From contig OZ223236.1 in the NCBI GenBank assembly GCA_965140445.1, forward strand, positions 3,104,001 to 3,168,000: a DNA stretch of 64,000 bases, in the 5' to 3' direction. Below are positions 18,146-27,036 of the stretch, one piece after another (the first letter of the stretch is position 1; each line of letters opens with the position of its first letter). Origin of the DNA: Candidatus Ozemobacteraceae bacterium. Lineage in GTDB: Bacteria; Muiribacteriota; Ozemobacteria; Ozemobacterales; Ozemobacteraceae. The notes beneath the pieces were generated by a model that worked only from the letters and a program-made list of their open reading frames with translations, searched no databases and was not told the origin of the DNA. The position numbers and the translations under genes are program-made.

Positions 18146-19177
18146 TTACTCCAACATATCGACTATTTCTTGCGTCAGTCTCTCTGCAGCTTCTGAGCAG
18201 ATTTCATTATTCCCAACAATGTAATGTGAACCTGTGTTTTTCAAATAGGGGTTAGAATTTTCAGATAGGATTACAGCACAAGCTTCAGCAAGTTTAGAAT
18301 CAAAACCTATTGAAACAACAGCATTTATCAGTTCCTCGTGCCTAGGAGTATCCATAACTTCTACAAAGCCAAGTAGTCTTAGAAAAATGTTTTTAACTTT
18401 CTCATTAGGGGCTTTGGTTAGAAGCAAATCTAAGGGATGTATTTCTTGGCCTGAGACCTTTAAGCATTCAGCTTGCAATTGGGCTGATTCTTCAATTGTA
18501 GGGGAGATCAATATGTCAAGAATCTCTTTTGCAGATTGATAGACATCATAATTGTGAACCTTTAAAGCTTTAGATAGATTACCATCTATGCAAAGACATA
18601 AAAGTGTTGATTTTTCATCCTTAGTATCCATTGCTGCTTCTAGAATCCATGCATCTGGAATGTGGATGCGTCTTTTTTCTCTAACAGCACGTTCACTTCT
18701 TTGGGCGGGACTTGGTGCATCAAATGGTGGTAGCCAGTCAAAATAATTCTCCCAAACCGCATCCTTGTGGTGTTCTTGAATTTTGACCTTTTTAACCCCT
18801 TTTGAAATTAGAGATTCAATTGCTTCGTCAGCTGCGGTTTCAATTTCTTTTTTTTGTGGGAAAATGTCTCTATTTTTTGGAAAAGGGTAGACAAGTTTTT
18901 TAGCAACCTCATTTTTTTGCCATTCTTCCTGTAAAGAATCAAGCCTCGTTCTGGCTTGATCAATTTTGGCTATCAACTCATCTAACATTTTGCAACGAAG
19001 CTCTCGTAATGCGATTTCTGAGATAAAAATACCAATGTTCTGCTTAACGTTTGATCTTTTGCCACATTCAATTGAAAGTTCTAATAATTTGTTCCACTCC
19101 ACCTTTTCTGTCGCAGGCATTCGCGTGAGATATGAGGTGTCTACAAAGATTTTAAAATTTTTTTCATCGTTTTGCAT
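18146..19177 (-). CDS. PIN-like nuclease domain protein with C-terminal extension
   Basis: IFVDTSYL, ALRELR, IPDAWILE, CIDGNL supply the four acidic PIN residues; ORF open from 19189. Confidence 0.75.
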   Translation of the reverse strand: MQNDEKNFKIFVDTSYLTRMPATEKVEWNKLLELSIECGKRSNVKQNIGIFISEIALRELRCKMLDELIAKIDQARTRLDSLQEEWQKNEVAKKLVYPFPKNRDIFPQKKEIETAADEAIESLISKGVKKVKIQEHHKDAVWENYFDWLPPFDAPSPAQRSERAVREKRRIHIPDAWILEAAMDTKDEKSTLLCLCIDGNLSKALKVHNYDVYQSAKEILDILISPTIEESAQLQAECLKVSGQEIHPLDLLLTKAPNEKVKNIFLRLLGFVEVMDTPRHEELINAVVSIGFDSKLAEACAVILSENSNPYLKNTGSHYIVGNNEICSEAAERLTQEIVDMLE

Positions 19178-19301
19178 TATTTTCCCCAAAAAAAGGCCAT
19201 AGATACTAGTAATTTGCTTCAGATAAATCTTAGCACTTCGGTTTTTGTTATTGTTTAAGAAAAACTACAGCCAAACCCAAGACTTTTTAATAACCCATTT
19301 C

Positions 19302-19722
19302 CTAAAACTTTTTATCGATAGCTTCTATTTCGGTGTTTTGAAGCTCTTTATCACCGTATTCATTTTTGGGAATCATTGTTGTTTTATCTACCCAATTCTC
19401 ATCAGATTGTTTATTTGTGCTCAGGGGTGGTGTTTTCAGAGGATTTTTATCTTTTTGGTTTGTAGAATCATCTAAGTATGCTGGCAAAAAGAAATAGACA
19501 ATAACAAAAACTTCAATAGCCCCCCCCAGCTCTAATATAGTTTTTCAAGCTCAAATTCAAGTTCACCTCTATGAAGCCTGGAATAACTGCAGCACATGCT
19601 GCTGCAATAGCTAAAACCGTTCGAAAAACAGTGTTTTGAAAAAATGAAGGATTGGGAAAAAATATTGCAAGTGCAATTAAAACAATAACAAAGAAAAAAA
19701 CAAAGAAACAAGGCAGAATTAT
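19302..19722 (-). pseudogene. 5'-truncated, frameshifted multi-TM protein remnant
   Basis: FVIVLIALAIFFPNPSFFQNTVFRTVLAIAAACAAVIPGFIEV...IRAGG, then frameshift at a G8 run to AIEVFVIVYFFLPAYL; no start codon. Confidence 0.6.
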
Positions 19723-19742
19723 TCACAGAGTCACCAGAATCT

Positions 19743-20042
19743 TTAGACATAAATTACCTGCTTCATTATTTCATCTTTAAAATATGGCTTCAGATACTTT
19801 TCTCTCGCCAAGTCTATTTTCATTCCAAATTTTTTCTCAAGAATAGCTCTAATCTCATTTTTTATTCGGTATGCTTCTGGTTGTTCTTCTAAAAATTCGA
19901 TTAGAATATCTAAGTCGCTATCTTTGTCTGCACTGTCTGTCGCGTAAGAACCAAATATCCCAAGCTTCTCTACTTGATACTTTTCATGGAGTTCATGCTT
20001 TAGAGACTCTAATTCTTTCAATATTTCTGACCTGCTTTTCAT
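19743..20042 (-). CDS. Minimal nucleotidyltransferase (MNT) antitoxin
   Basis: LGIFGSYATDSADKDSDLDILIEF, KIDLA; likely ATG 20042 after TTCACA-17-TATAAT; ORF open from 20066. Confidence 0.9.
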   Translation of the reverse strand: MKSRSEILKELESLKHELHEKYQVEKLGIFGSYATDSADKDSDLDILIEFLEEQPEAYRIKNEIRAILEKKFGMKIDLAREKYLKPYFKDEIMKQVIYV

Positions 20043-20358
20043 AAACTCATTATACTTAATCCACAAAGACTTGTGAAATAAAATGTAATTTTCCTAATAG
20101 ATCTTTTCTGCTTAGCATCTGTAATTTAAGGCAATTAGGAAGCCGGATGGCAAGGGAAAGTTCTAATGCGGCGTTCAAGTCTCCGCTTTACGTTTGTCAA
20201 AGAATTTGCTGCAATGGCTTGTAACATCCTTTTAAATTTAATAAAGCTCTCCGAACGTCATTTTTTTGCCAGAAAGTTTTCGATATGATATTGCTGCAGC
20301 TGTTTGTTGTCATTAGAAATGCGAAAGCCATTCCAAGAGGTAATGACCTCGCGGAGAT

Positions 20359-20387
20359 TTGACTTATCGAAATTGATAAGGTATTAT
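20359..20387 (+). promoter_or_regulatory. higBA promoter with embedded operator
   Basis: TTGACT-17 bp-TATTAT; palindrome CTTATC-N6-GATAAG (20363-20380) across the -35 end and spacer. Confidence 0.75.
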
Positions 20388-20395
20388 TGTTAATA

Positions 20396-20671
20396 ATGAT
20401 TTGGAAAATTCTAGAACACAAAAGTCTCATAAAAAACAGCAAAAAATTGCCACCACAAGTCTTAAAAAAATATGAACTTTGGAAAGACTTGGTCTTTCGA
20501 CATGGACCTGAAATTCTAAGAGAATTTCCAGGTTTTAATGACGAAAAACTGGCAGGAAACAGGTTGGGGCAACGATCTTCTAGACTAAACTTTCAATACA
20601 GAGTTATATACTCAGTAGAGCAAGATGAAGTGATTGTTTACGTTTTTGAAATCACTCCTCACAAGTATTAG
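20396..20671 (+). CDS. higB: HigB/RelE-family mRNA interferase toxin
   Basis: DEKLAGNRLGQRSSRLNFQYRVIY, ITPHKY; toxin-first order. Confidence 0.85.
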   Translation: MIWKILEHKSLIKNSKKLPPQVLKKYELWKDLVFRHGPEILREFPGFNDEKLAGNRLGQRSSRLNFQYRVIYSVEQDEVIVYVFEITPHKY

Positions 20672-20679
20672 GAGAAACC

Positions 20680-20949
20680 ATGAATAAAAATGAATTTGTT
20701 TCAGCCACATCTAAAATTTCTTTTTCCACAGGTGAAGCTATTAGAATGCTTCGAGAGTTAAAGGGGTGGACCCAGGAAGACCTGGCCCAAAAATCTGGGT
20801 TAAACTCAAAGAACATTAGTTTATTAGAAAACGATAGAATTGATATTGGGAAAAGAAGAGCTGAATCATTAGCAAAGGCTTTTGGTGTGCACCCCGCTAT
20901 TATAATGTTTCCTGAGTATGAAGCAGATTTGTTCCAGAAAGTAGCATAA
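20680..20949 (+). CDS. higA: XRE/HigA antitoxin
   Basis: IRMLRELKGWTQEDLAQKSGL..ISLLEND HTH; AGGAG RBS. Confidence 0.88.
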   Translation: MNKNEFVSATSKISFSTGEAIRMLRELKGWTQEDLAQKSGLNSKNISLLENDRIDIGKRRAESLAKAFGVHPAIIMFPEYEADLFQKVA

Positions 20950-20955
20950 GAGAAA

Positions 20956-21053
20956 ACCTAACGATGTGTTGAACTGGAACGAATATTTGTTTAACGGCTG
21001 TCACCTAACTTTTCCTGTGGGCGAGAAGCGGCCAGGTAACACAAATGTTAGAG
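20956..21053 (+). other. attC-like integron cassette recombination site (degenerate)
   Basis: R'' ACCTAAC-5 bp-L'' GTTGAACT(GG) ... (CC)AGGTAAC L'-6 bp-R' GTTAGAG; 98 bp, 6 bp after the higA stop. Confidence 0.5.
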
Positions 21054-21184
21054 TTTGAAGCTCTTCGGTCTATGTTCTGCAATAGAAAGCAGAGATCTTA
21101 CAGGGTTTATTGGTTCCGGTGGAATTTCCAGCTTGGTAAAGTCTTGGATAAAAAATGGGAGGAATTAATAAGTCGTTAAGTAGA

Positions 21185-22360
21185 CTAATTTTCAAGCTCT
21201 ATTTTTATTGTGGGCAAAGGATCTTTGGGCTTTTTGATAAGGATGAGATCATACCAGCCGCCAATTTCTACAGTTATTTCTGCAGGAGAATCAATAGTTA
21301 AATCTTTTCTTAAATAGCTAAACTTTGACTTAAGTCTAACTTGGAGTGGTTGGCCTTCTATCAATGAAAATTTTAGCCGGTCGTTTTTCTTTAGGGCGAC
21401 TTTGTATTCAAAGTAATGGCCACTACTGTAGCTTTTATAGATTCCATGAATCTTAAAATTTTTACCAAATTCTGGACCTGGAAAGTCCTTAGTCAAAGAG
21501 AAAATCTGGCGATTTGTTTTATTGATCTCATTTTCCCAGTTTCTCATGTTACCTGTGTCAGCCTGCAGAAATGCTCCACCAAGCAAAAGCAGGAAAGCAG
21601 CAAAGACGGTGAGTTGGTTTAATAGGGAGCGTTTTGCTGAATTTAATTCCCTTTCATATTCTCTCTCTGCCCAGAAGACGTTTCGCCCAGAACTCTTAGA
21701 AAGCTTTCGAGTTTCTGAAAGCCATTCCAAAGGGACATTAAGAAAGTTTTCTGTGCCACAATAGCTGCATGCGGCTATAAGTTCGTTTTCCTTCACTTGA
21801 AAAGGTGCTCCACAATGGCGACAAGTTGCTGGGCCCCCAGGAGTCTTAGGTTCTCCTGCTGCAAGAACAGAAAGTAATCGGCGAATTACGAATACCCTTA
21901 TGCGTATAAGAAAATATAGGGACATTGTTAAAGCAAAAAAGGCAAAAAATGAGAAAAAATACAGGAATACTCCAACAATCTCAGGTAAATAATCTCCGAT
22001 ATTTACTCCCAATGCAATACTCAATTGATTTTCTGAAATGAAAATAAATAATTTAAAAAAGCTGAGCATTACAAAAATTAAAGCAAAAAAGAAAACATAA
22101 GAGGGAATCTTTGATAATAAGCCTTCAAGCCTTCCAGGGTGTCGTCCGAGCCGTTTCAGGAAGTTCTCGGCATGAGTTCGTATTCCAGCTAATTGAGCTT
22201 TTGCATCTCTACCGCGTTTATACTCCTCTGGAACAATAATAGTTGCTGCACAATAAATACATTGCTCTGTGTCATTCTCAGGCATTGGAACAGCAGAACC
22301 ACAATTTTCACAGATAATGGGTGCTAGTTCCTGAAATTTATTACTTTGGGTCTGGTTCAT
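21185..22360 (-). CDS. Membrane protein with two zinc ribbons
   Basis: CENC/CIYC and CRHC/CSYC pairs, 3 TM, extracytoplasmic C-terminus. Confidence 0.75.
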   Translation of the reverse strand: MNQTQSNKFQELAPIICENCGSAVPMPENDTEQCIYCAATIIVPEEYKRGRDAKAQLAGIRTHAENFLKRLGRHPGRLEGLLSKIPSYVFFFALIFVMLSFFKLFIFISENQLSIALGVNIGDYLPEIVGVFLYFFSFFAFFALTMSLYFLIRIRVFVIRRLLSVLAAGEPKTPGGPATCRHCGAPFQVKENELIAACSYCGTENFLNVPLEWLSETRKLSKSSGRNVFWAEREYERELNSAKRSLLNQLTVFAAFLLLLGGAFLQADTGNMRNWENEINKTNRQIFSLTKDFPGPEFGKNFKIHGIYKSYSSGHYFEYKVALKKNDRLKFSLIEGQPLQVRLKSKFSYLRKDLTIDSPAEITVEIGGWYDLILIKKPKDPLPTIKIELEN

Positions 22361-23775
22361 CTTTTTTTCTCGGTAATAGTTATTTCATAAAGTTTGTCGC
22401 CGTAAAAAGTGTAAGCAATACCTTCTTTGTCAAAATTTATGCCATACCCTTGCTCAAAATTATTCCCAACCTTTCGTGAGGTCGTAAAAAAGTTTGCATC
22501 AGGGAATTTGCGTTTGATTAAATAATCTTCTTTTCCACTGAGTTTACCCTTACCATCTCCTAGTCCAAAATTCTTTTTGGCGCTGGAGGAAAAACCAATT
22601 TTGTCTCCCGTGATATAAGGTAGTTCATTTCCTCTAAAAATTTCTATCCGGGAAACCTTCATTTGATTATTGCGATTTTCGGTGAATACTACTGATATTT
22701 TTCCGTCCAGTAAATTTTGACGATGCCTTTTTGGCGGAATAAATTTTCTGGTTTGTCTGTTATAGCCAGGTTTAGAAGCATTCAATTCTGCAGTCATAGG
22801 AGGCATTTCGAGATTAAACCTTTTAAAAACAGTTTCCATGAGTTCATTAATCTCAATAAATCCAATAATGCCTTTTCCTGGAACAATCGTGTCTTTAGAT
22901 TCATTAGAAGACTTATGAAGGCCAGCTTTAGATTTATCATTTGTTTCATTTAAATTTTTAGTAGTTTTTTTTCTTATGTCTTTAAAGGTAAGTTTCTTTC
23001 CATTTACATCAACAACATCATATTTTCTGTTTTTCATGTAATAAGCCAGATCTCGTTTTTCCCCACTACCGGTGACTATAAATAACGAAATCATTAAAGT
23101 GCTTAAGATAGGTATGAAAAGATATGGTGAAAGAAATAGTCCCGTGATGCAGCCAGAAGTAGTTTCCTTGTCGATAGTAGAAATCAAATTTTCATCGGTT
23201 TTCTTTATCATCCATCCGTTTTCCACGCCAATAGAAATTTTTTCATTTGGTTCGGCGCAAATCAGATAAATATCAAGCAGGTCTGCAATCTTTGTAGCTA
23301 TGGAATTGGCTTCTGAAACTGATATAAAATCTGAAATTCTTATTAATTTTCCGTTGTCACAGCAAACAACTACAGCGTAAGAGTCGTAACCACCATGGGT
23401 AACTCCTACCCCGTTAATATTTTCAATATTGGCAATAGGGTCCTCTGAAACCATCAAAATTGCAGAAAAATGGTATAGCATTTGTCCGCCAACGGCATCA
23501 AGGACATAATAACAATCGATACTTTTTCGGCAAAAGTTAAAAAATCCGACTAAGAGAATTAAGCCTATAAGCCTCAATAATTTCGAAAGAATACCAAAGT
23601 CGTTTTGAAGAATTGAAATGAATAAGAACGGTGCAAGTATTAAAAGAATGATTCCGAAACAACCAAAAACTTTCCCAAAAGACTTTTCCAAAGGGGTTTT
23701 TAGGTCGAGTATATATCGACCCAGATTATCGGTTCTCAATTGTTTATTTTCATTGCTCATATAGATAAAACTCAA
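22357..23775 (-). CDS. Hypothetical membrane protein
   Basis: 472-aa ORF, 3 TM, 4-bp overlap with the next gene. Confidence 0.65.
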   Translation of the reverse strand: MSFIYMSNENKQLRTDNLGRYILDLKTPLEKSFGKVFGCFGIILLILAPFLFISILQNDFGILSKLLRLIGLILLVGFFNFCRKSIDCYYVLDAVGGQMLYHFSAILMVSEDPIANIENINGVGVTHGGYDSYAVVVCCDNGKLIRISDFISVSEANSIATKIADLLDIYLICAEPNEKISIGVENGWMIKKTDENLISTIDKETTSGCITGLFLSPYLFIPILSTLMISLFIVTGSGEKRDLAYYMKNRKYDVVDVNGKKLTFKDIRKKTTKNLNETNDKSKAGLHKSSNESKDTIVPGKGIIGFIEINELMETVFKRFNLEMPPMTAELNASKPGYNRQTRKFIPPKRHRQNLLDGKISVVFTENRNNQMKVSRIEIFRGNELPYITGDKIGFSSSAKKNFGLGDGKGKLSGKEDYLIKRKFPDANFFTTSRKVGNNFEQGYGINFDKEGIAYTFYGDKLYEITITEKKR

Positions 23776-23876
23776 AAATCAGAAATATTCATTAGACACA
23801 AAGCAAATTTTACTATTGGAAATGAAAAATAGCAAAAAAAATGACCTCTCATAAAGGTTCGTCTGCCTCCAAAATG

Positions 23877-23919
23877 TTAAAAAAGATGCTGTGTTGAACT
23901 GAAACATACATCTTTTTAA
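23877..23919 (-). terminator. Probable terminator after the GNAT gene
   Basis: TTAAAAAAGATG...CATCTTTTTAA imperfect hairpin. Confidence 0.45.
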
Positions 23920-24006
23920 GAAAGCTCTAATTCTGCCTTATTTGTAGTGTTGGTTTAAAACAGCCTGAATTCGTTAAAATCGTTATCCTGAATATAGATT
24001 AAGTGA

Positions 24007-24615
24007 TTAAGACTCCTGTTGAGGATTGCGCCACATTCGCCAAAGAGGCGGTGCTCCTTTGCCCAGGTTGATTTCGCCAGTAACCACAAAACAGTGCCGC
24101 TCGTAAAAGGCTCGATTAGCTTCTTTGGTATTCTCAAGATAAGCTCCACAGCCTTCACGATCACAGCGTTTCAATACTGACTGCATAAGTGCGTTGCCGA
24201 GACCTTTGCCCTGATGGTCAGGTTTTACACCGATGAATTGTAAATAGTAGTGCTTTTCAGTCGGGTGTGCTTTGTCCAATGCATCCATAGCTTTTATCAG
24301 ACGTGTCAAGCCACGAAAACTCGCGACATTAATAAGGCTTGGTAGCAGAGATAGTTGTTTAAGAAATCCGATTTTCGACTTGCCGGGGGGATACCATAAC
24401 GCAGCACCAAGACCATGGTCTGTTGTAAGCACCTCACCGTGAGGTAGACTCAAGGAGCATAGGCTAGTTCGAAATAGTTCCTTGAAACCATATGATCGCT
24501 TATCATCTTGTCGAACCAACCAATTGACAATGGGATCGTCGTTGAAAGCATGTGCAAGGGATAGAACAAGGCTATCAACATCAGCTAATGTCGCCTTGTG
24601 TATATTATCAATCAT
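24007..24615 (-). CDS. GNAT N-acetyltransferase
   Basis: LAHAFNDDP, HYYLQFIGVKPDHQGKGLGNAL (motif A), AYLE, NRAFYER. Confidence 0.92.
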   Translation of the reverse strand: MIDNIHKATLADVDSLVLSLAHAFNDDPIVNWLVRQDDKRSYGFKELFRTSLCSLSLPHGEVLTTDHGLGAALWYPPGKSKIGFLKQLSLLPSLINVASFRGLTRLIKAMDALDKAHPTEKHYYLQFIGVKPDHQGKGLGNALMQSVLKRCDREGCGAYLENTKEANRAFYERHCFVVTGEINLGKGAPPLWRMWRNPQQES

Positions 24616-24776
24616 TTTACACCTCGATATCTAATTTCTTCTCTCTTAATTTGGTATCCACCTTTTTCTATACCACTTCAAACTAATTCCTTTTACAAAT
24701 TGGAATGACTACAAAAATAGGTTGAAACAGAGGCTTAATAGTTGAAGAAAATAAAGGGGTAACAGACGACTAATGA

Positions 24777-26669
24777 TCATCTAGAGCTATTATCAAATAC
24801 AACAATATCAGGAATAAAAACTTCAAATTTTGTGAATACATTCTTTTCACTCGTTACCTGGATTGTTCCTTCTAGTTCCTCGACAAATCTTTTTACGAGT
24901 GAAAGCCCAAGTCCTGTTCCGCCATACTTTCGTTTGCTTCCCTTGCTCGTTTGATAGAAAGGGGTAAAAATATTTTCCATTTCCTGCCTAGAAAGTCCTA
25001 TTCCAGTATCTTCTACATTAATTAACAACGCTGTATCATCGACTATGAGTTCTAGCGTTATTTTTCCATTTTTGCAGAATTTGAAAGCATTCATTATTAA
25101 ATTTACAATTATATGCCTAATAACCATTAGATCAGATTTTAAGAGAACTTCTTTTTCAGGCACATTAAAAATAAAGTCACAATCATAATTTTCTTTTTGA
25201 TACGAAATGAATTGACGAACTTCACCAATAAGCATTTCAAGGGGAAATTCTTTTAGTTGGTAAACAAATTTTCCTGATTCCAGCTGTGCGAAATTTAATA
25301 TCGAATCGATAATTGCTTGAAGAGTATCGGAATTTTGGACAATATGAGAACCTAGCTCTTGAATTTTATCAGGAACTTCTTTAATTAATGGAGAGTTTTT
25401 GCTTGAAATAAGCTGACTATAACCTTTAATAGCCGTTAAAGGAGTTTTTAATTCATGACTCATCATTGCTAAGAATTGAGATTTAGCGTTGTTGGCCATT
25501 TCAGCTTTGTGTTTAGCTAACATCATGTCCTTTTCAGCATCTATTCTTTTAGTAACTTCCTCCTCTAAAACTTTAATAACTTTTTTGTGAGCCTTCATAT
25601 CTGCCTGGGCTTGCAGAAGTTTACTATGCGCGTTTTTAATTTTCTGTTCCATCTTACTGTATATTTGATTCCCAGACTCGATGCCCCAGACCTCTGTTAA
25701 TACAACTTCTGGTGAGTTATCTTTTCCTTCTATCGTCAAAGCTCTACTTAAAACTGACTGTATACGTTTTATTGAGAGTCCTAGAATTGTGTAGCTAAGT
25801 GCTAAAACAACGTTTATCGGGTTTGCTGCCACACTGGCAGGTTCTCCTTGTGAGAGTAGTCCTGCATATATTGCGCAGCAAATACTTGTAATTACAAGCC
25901 CTAGACTCATAAAACGCGCTGCATAACTAATTTCACCCCGCGCTTTGTTCCATATGTATAACGAAAAAGCTCCGAGATACCCACCAACGATGGCATAAAT
26001 CATTTGAAACATAAATTCTTTAAAGTTTAAAGCTTTGCCAATAGTTTTAAACAAAGAAGGATTCATAATAAATGGAATACTTATGAATAAAATTGTAAAA
26101 AAAACAAAATATAACAAAAATTCCTTTTTCATTTTTACTCTACAAAGCTTTGAAAGCATATGCATACTTGGGAAAACAAGTATCAATGAAATAATAAAAA
26201 CCATGTTTGTTGCTAAGTTTTGTTTGAAATTGCAATAATTGGTGAACCATAATATCAGGTCCATAGTGTTACCTGTTGCCGCACCACTTAGTGCTAATGT
26301 GAACATTAGTGCCATGTCTCGACTAAGACTTGAAAGTGGAATGTTGCTCCAGGCTTTTAATGCTATATAGGCAGCATAAATATTGAAAGCAAGAAAAACA
26401 GTAAAAATTGTTTTACCATGTGTAATGCTTCCGTAAGGAATTTTAAATGCATAACAGAGAAGATATACAATACTAAATGTAAGGAGGATTAACAGAAGAA
26501 TCGAGAGCTCTTGTCCTGTTATTTTTGTGAGTGCTTGAGTTTTGGGTTCTATTTTTAAATCCACATTCTGGGGATCAGAAATTTCTACCGATGATTTAGC
26601 TTTTGTATCCATCTCGTTTTTTATTCTTTTTTTGCCCATTTTTTCATTGGCTAATTTGCTATTAACCAC
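24777..26669 (-). CDS. Multi-TM sensor histidine kinase (HisKA and HATPase), orphan
   Basis: About 9 TM; FLAMMSHELKTPL, NLIMNAFKF, VEDTGIG, GGTGLGL. Confidence 0.92.
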   Translation of the reverse strand: MVNSKLANEKMGKKRIKNEMDTKAKSSVEISDPQNVDLKIEPKTQALTKITGQELSILLLILLTFSIVYLLCYAFKIPYGSITHGKTIFTVFLAFNIYAAYIALKAWSNIPLSSLSRDMALMFTLALSGAATGNTMDLILWFTNYCNFKQNLATNMVFIISLILVFPSMHMLSKLCRVKMKKEFLLYFVFFTILFISIPFIMNPSLFKTIGKALNFKEFMFQMIYAIVGGYLGAFSLYIWNKARGEISYAARFMSLGLVITSICCAIYAGLLSQGEPASVAANPINVVLALSYTILGLSIKRIQSVLSRALTIEGKDNSPEVVLTEVWGIESGNQIYSKMEQKIKNAHSKLLQAQADMKAHKKVIKVLEEEVTKRIDAEKDMMLAKHKAEMANNAKSQFLAMMSHELKTPLTAIKGYSQLISSKNSPLIKEVPDKIQELGSHIVQNSDTLQAIIDSILNFAQLESGKFVYQLKEFPLEMLIGEVRQFISYQKENYDCDFIFNVPEKEVLLKSDLMVIRHIIVNLIMNAFKFCKNGKITLELIVDDTALLINVEDTGIGLSRQEMENIFTPFYQTSKGSKRKYGGTGLGLSLVKRFVEELEGTIQVTSEKNVFTKFEVFIPDIVVFDNSSR

Positions 26670-27036
26670 TCCAACTGAACTGTATAAAATTCAGCCAATA
26701 AAGAGCGCTGTGAGATCTCTGGTTGAGCAGTGTGTTGGGTGAATTGGGAAATAAAGTTTTCCAGTTGTTTCCCTAAGTCATTGTCTGGATATAATATAGT
26801 TTTAGCTCAGAGTCCTCTTTATGGTTGTTTGATCCTCCAAGAAGCCAAAAATCTCTACTCGATGTTTGGCATATTTCATATTACGTTGGTCGGGGTGACA
26901 GGTCAAGTTCCTAAGATTTTTAAGTGTAACGATAAATTGCGGCTTTGGAGGCTTTCATCTTGTTTGGGTTTTAATCGAATTTCAAGGTTTTCTCTTATCA
27001 TCAAATTTGCGAATTGGCTTGCTGTTAATTTTTTAT

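Noticed and set aside
19532..19750. 72-aa Cys-rich ORF as a real protein
   Set aside because: Out-of-frame read across a probable deletion junction; the adjacent frame gives the coherent TM remnant
23888..23906. GCTGTGTTGAACTGAAAC resembling the left half of the attC-like site
   Set aside because: No R'' or R' boxes; better explained as part of a terminator hairpin
24007..24615. Calling the GNAT an antibiotic resistance gene
   Set aside because: Motifs show only the general family; substrate cannot be inferred
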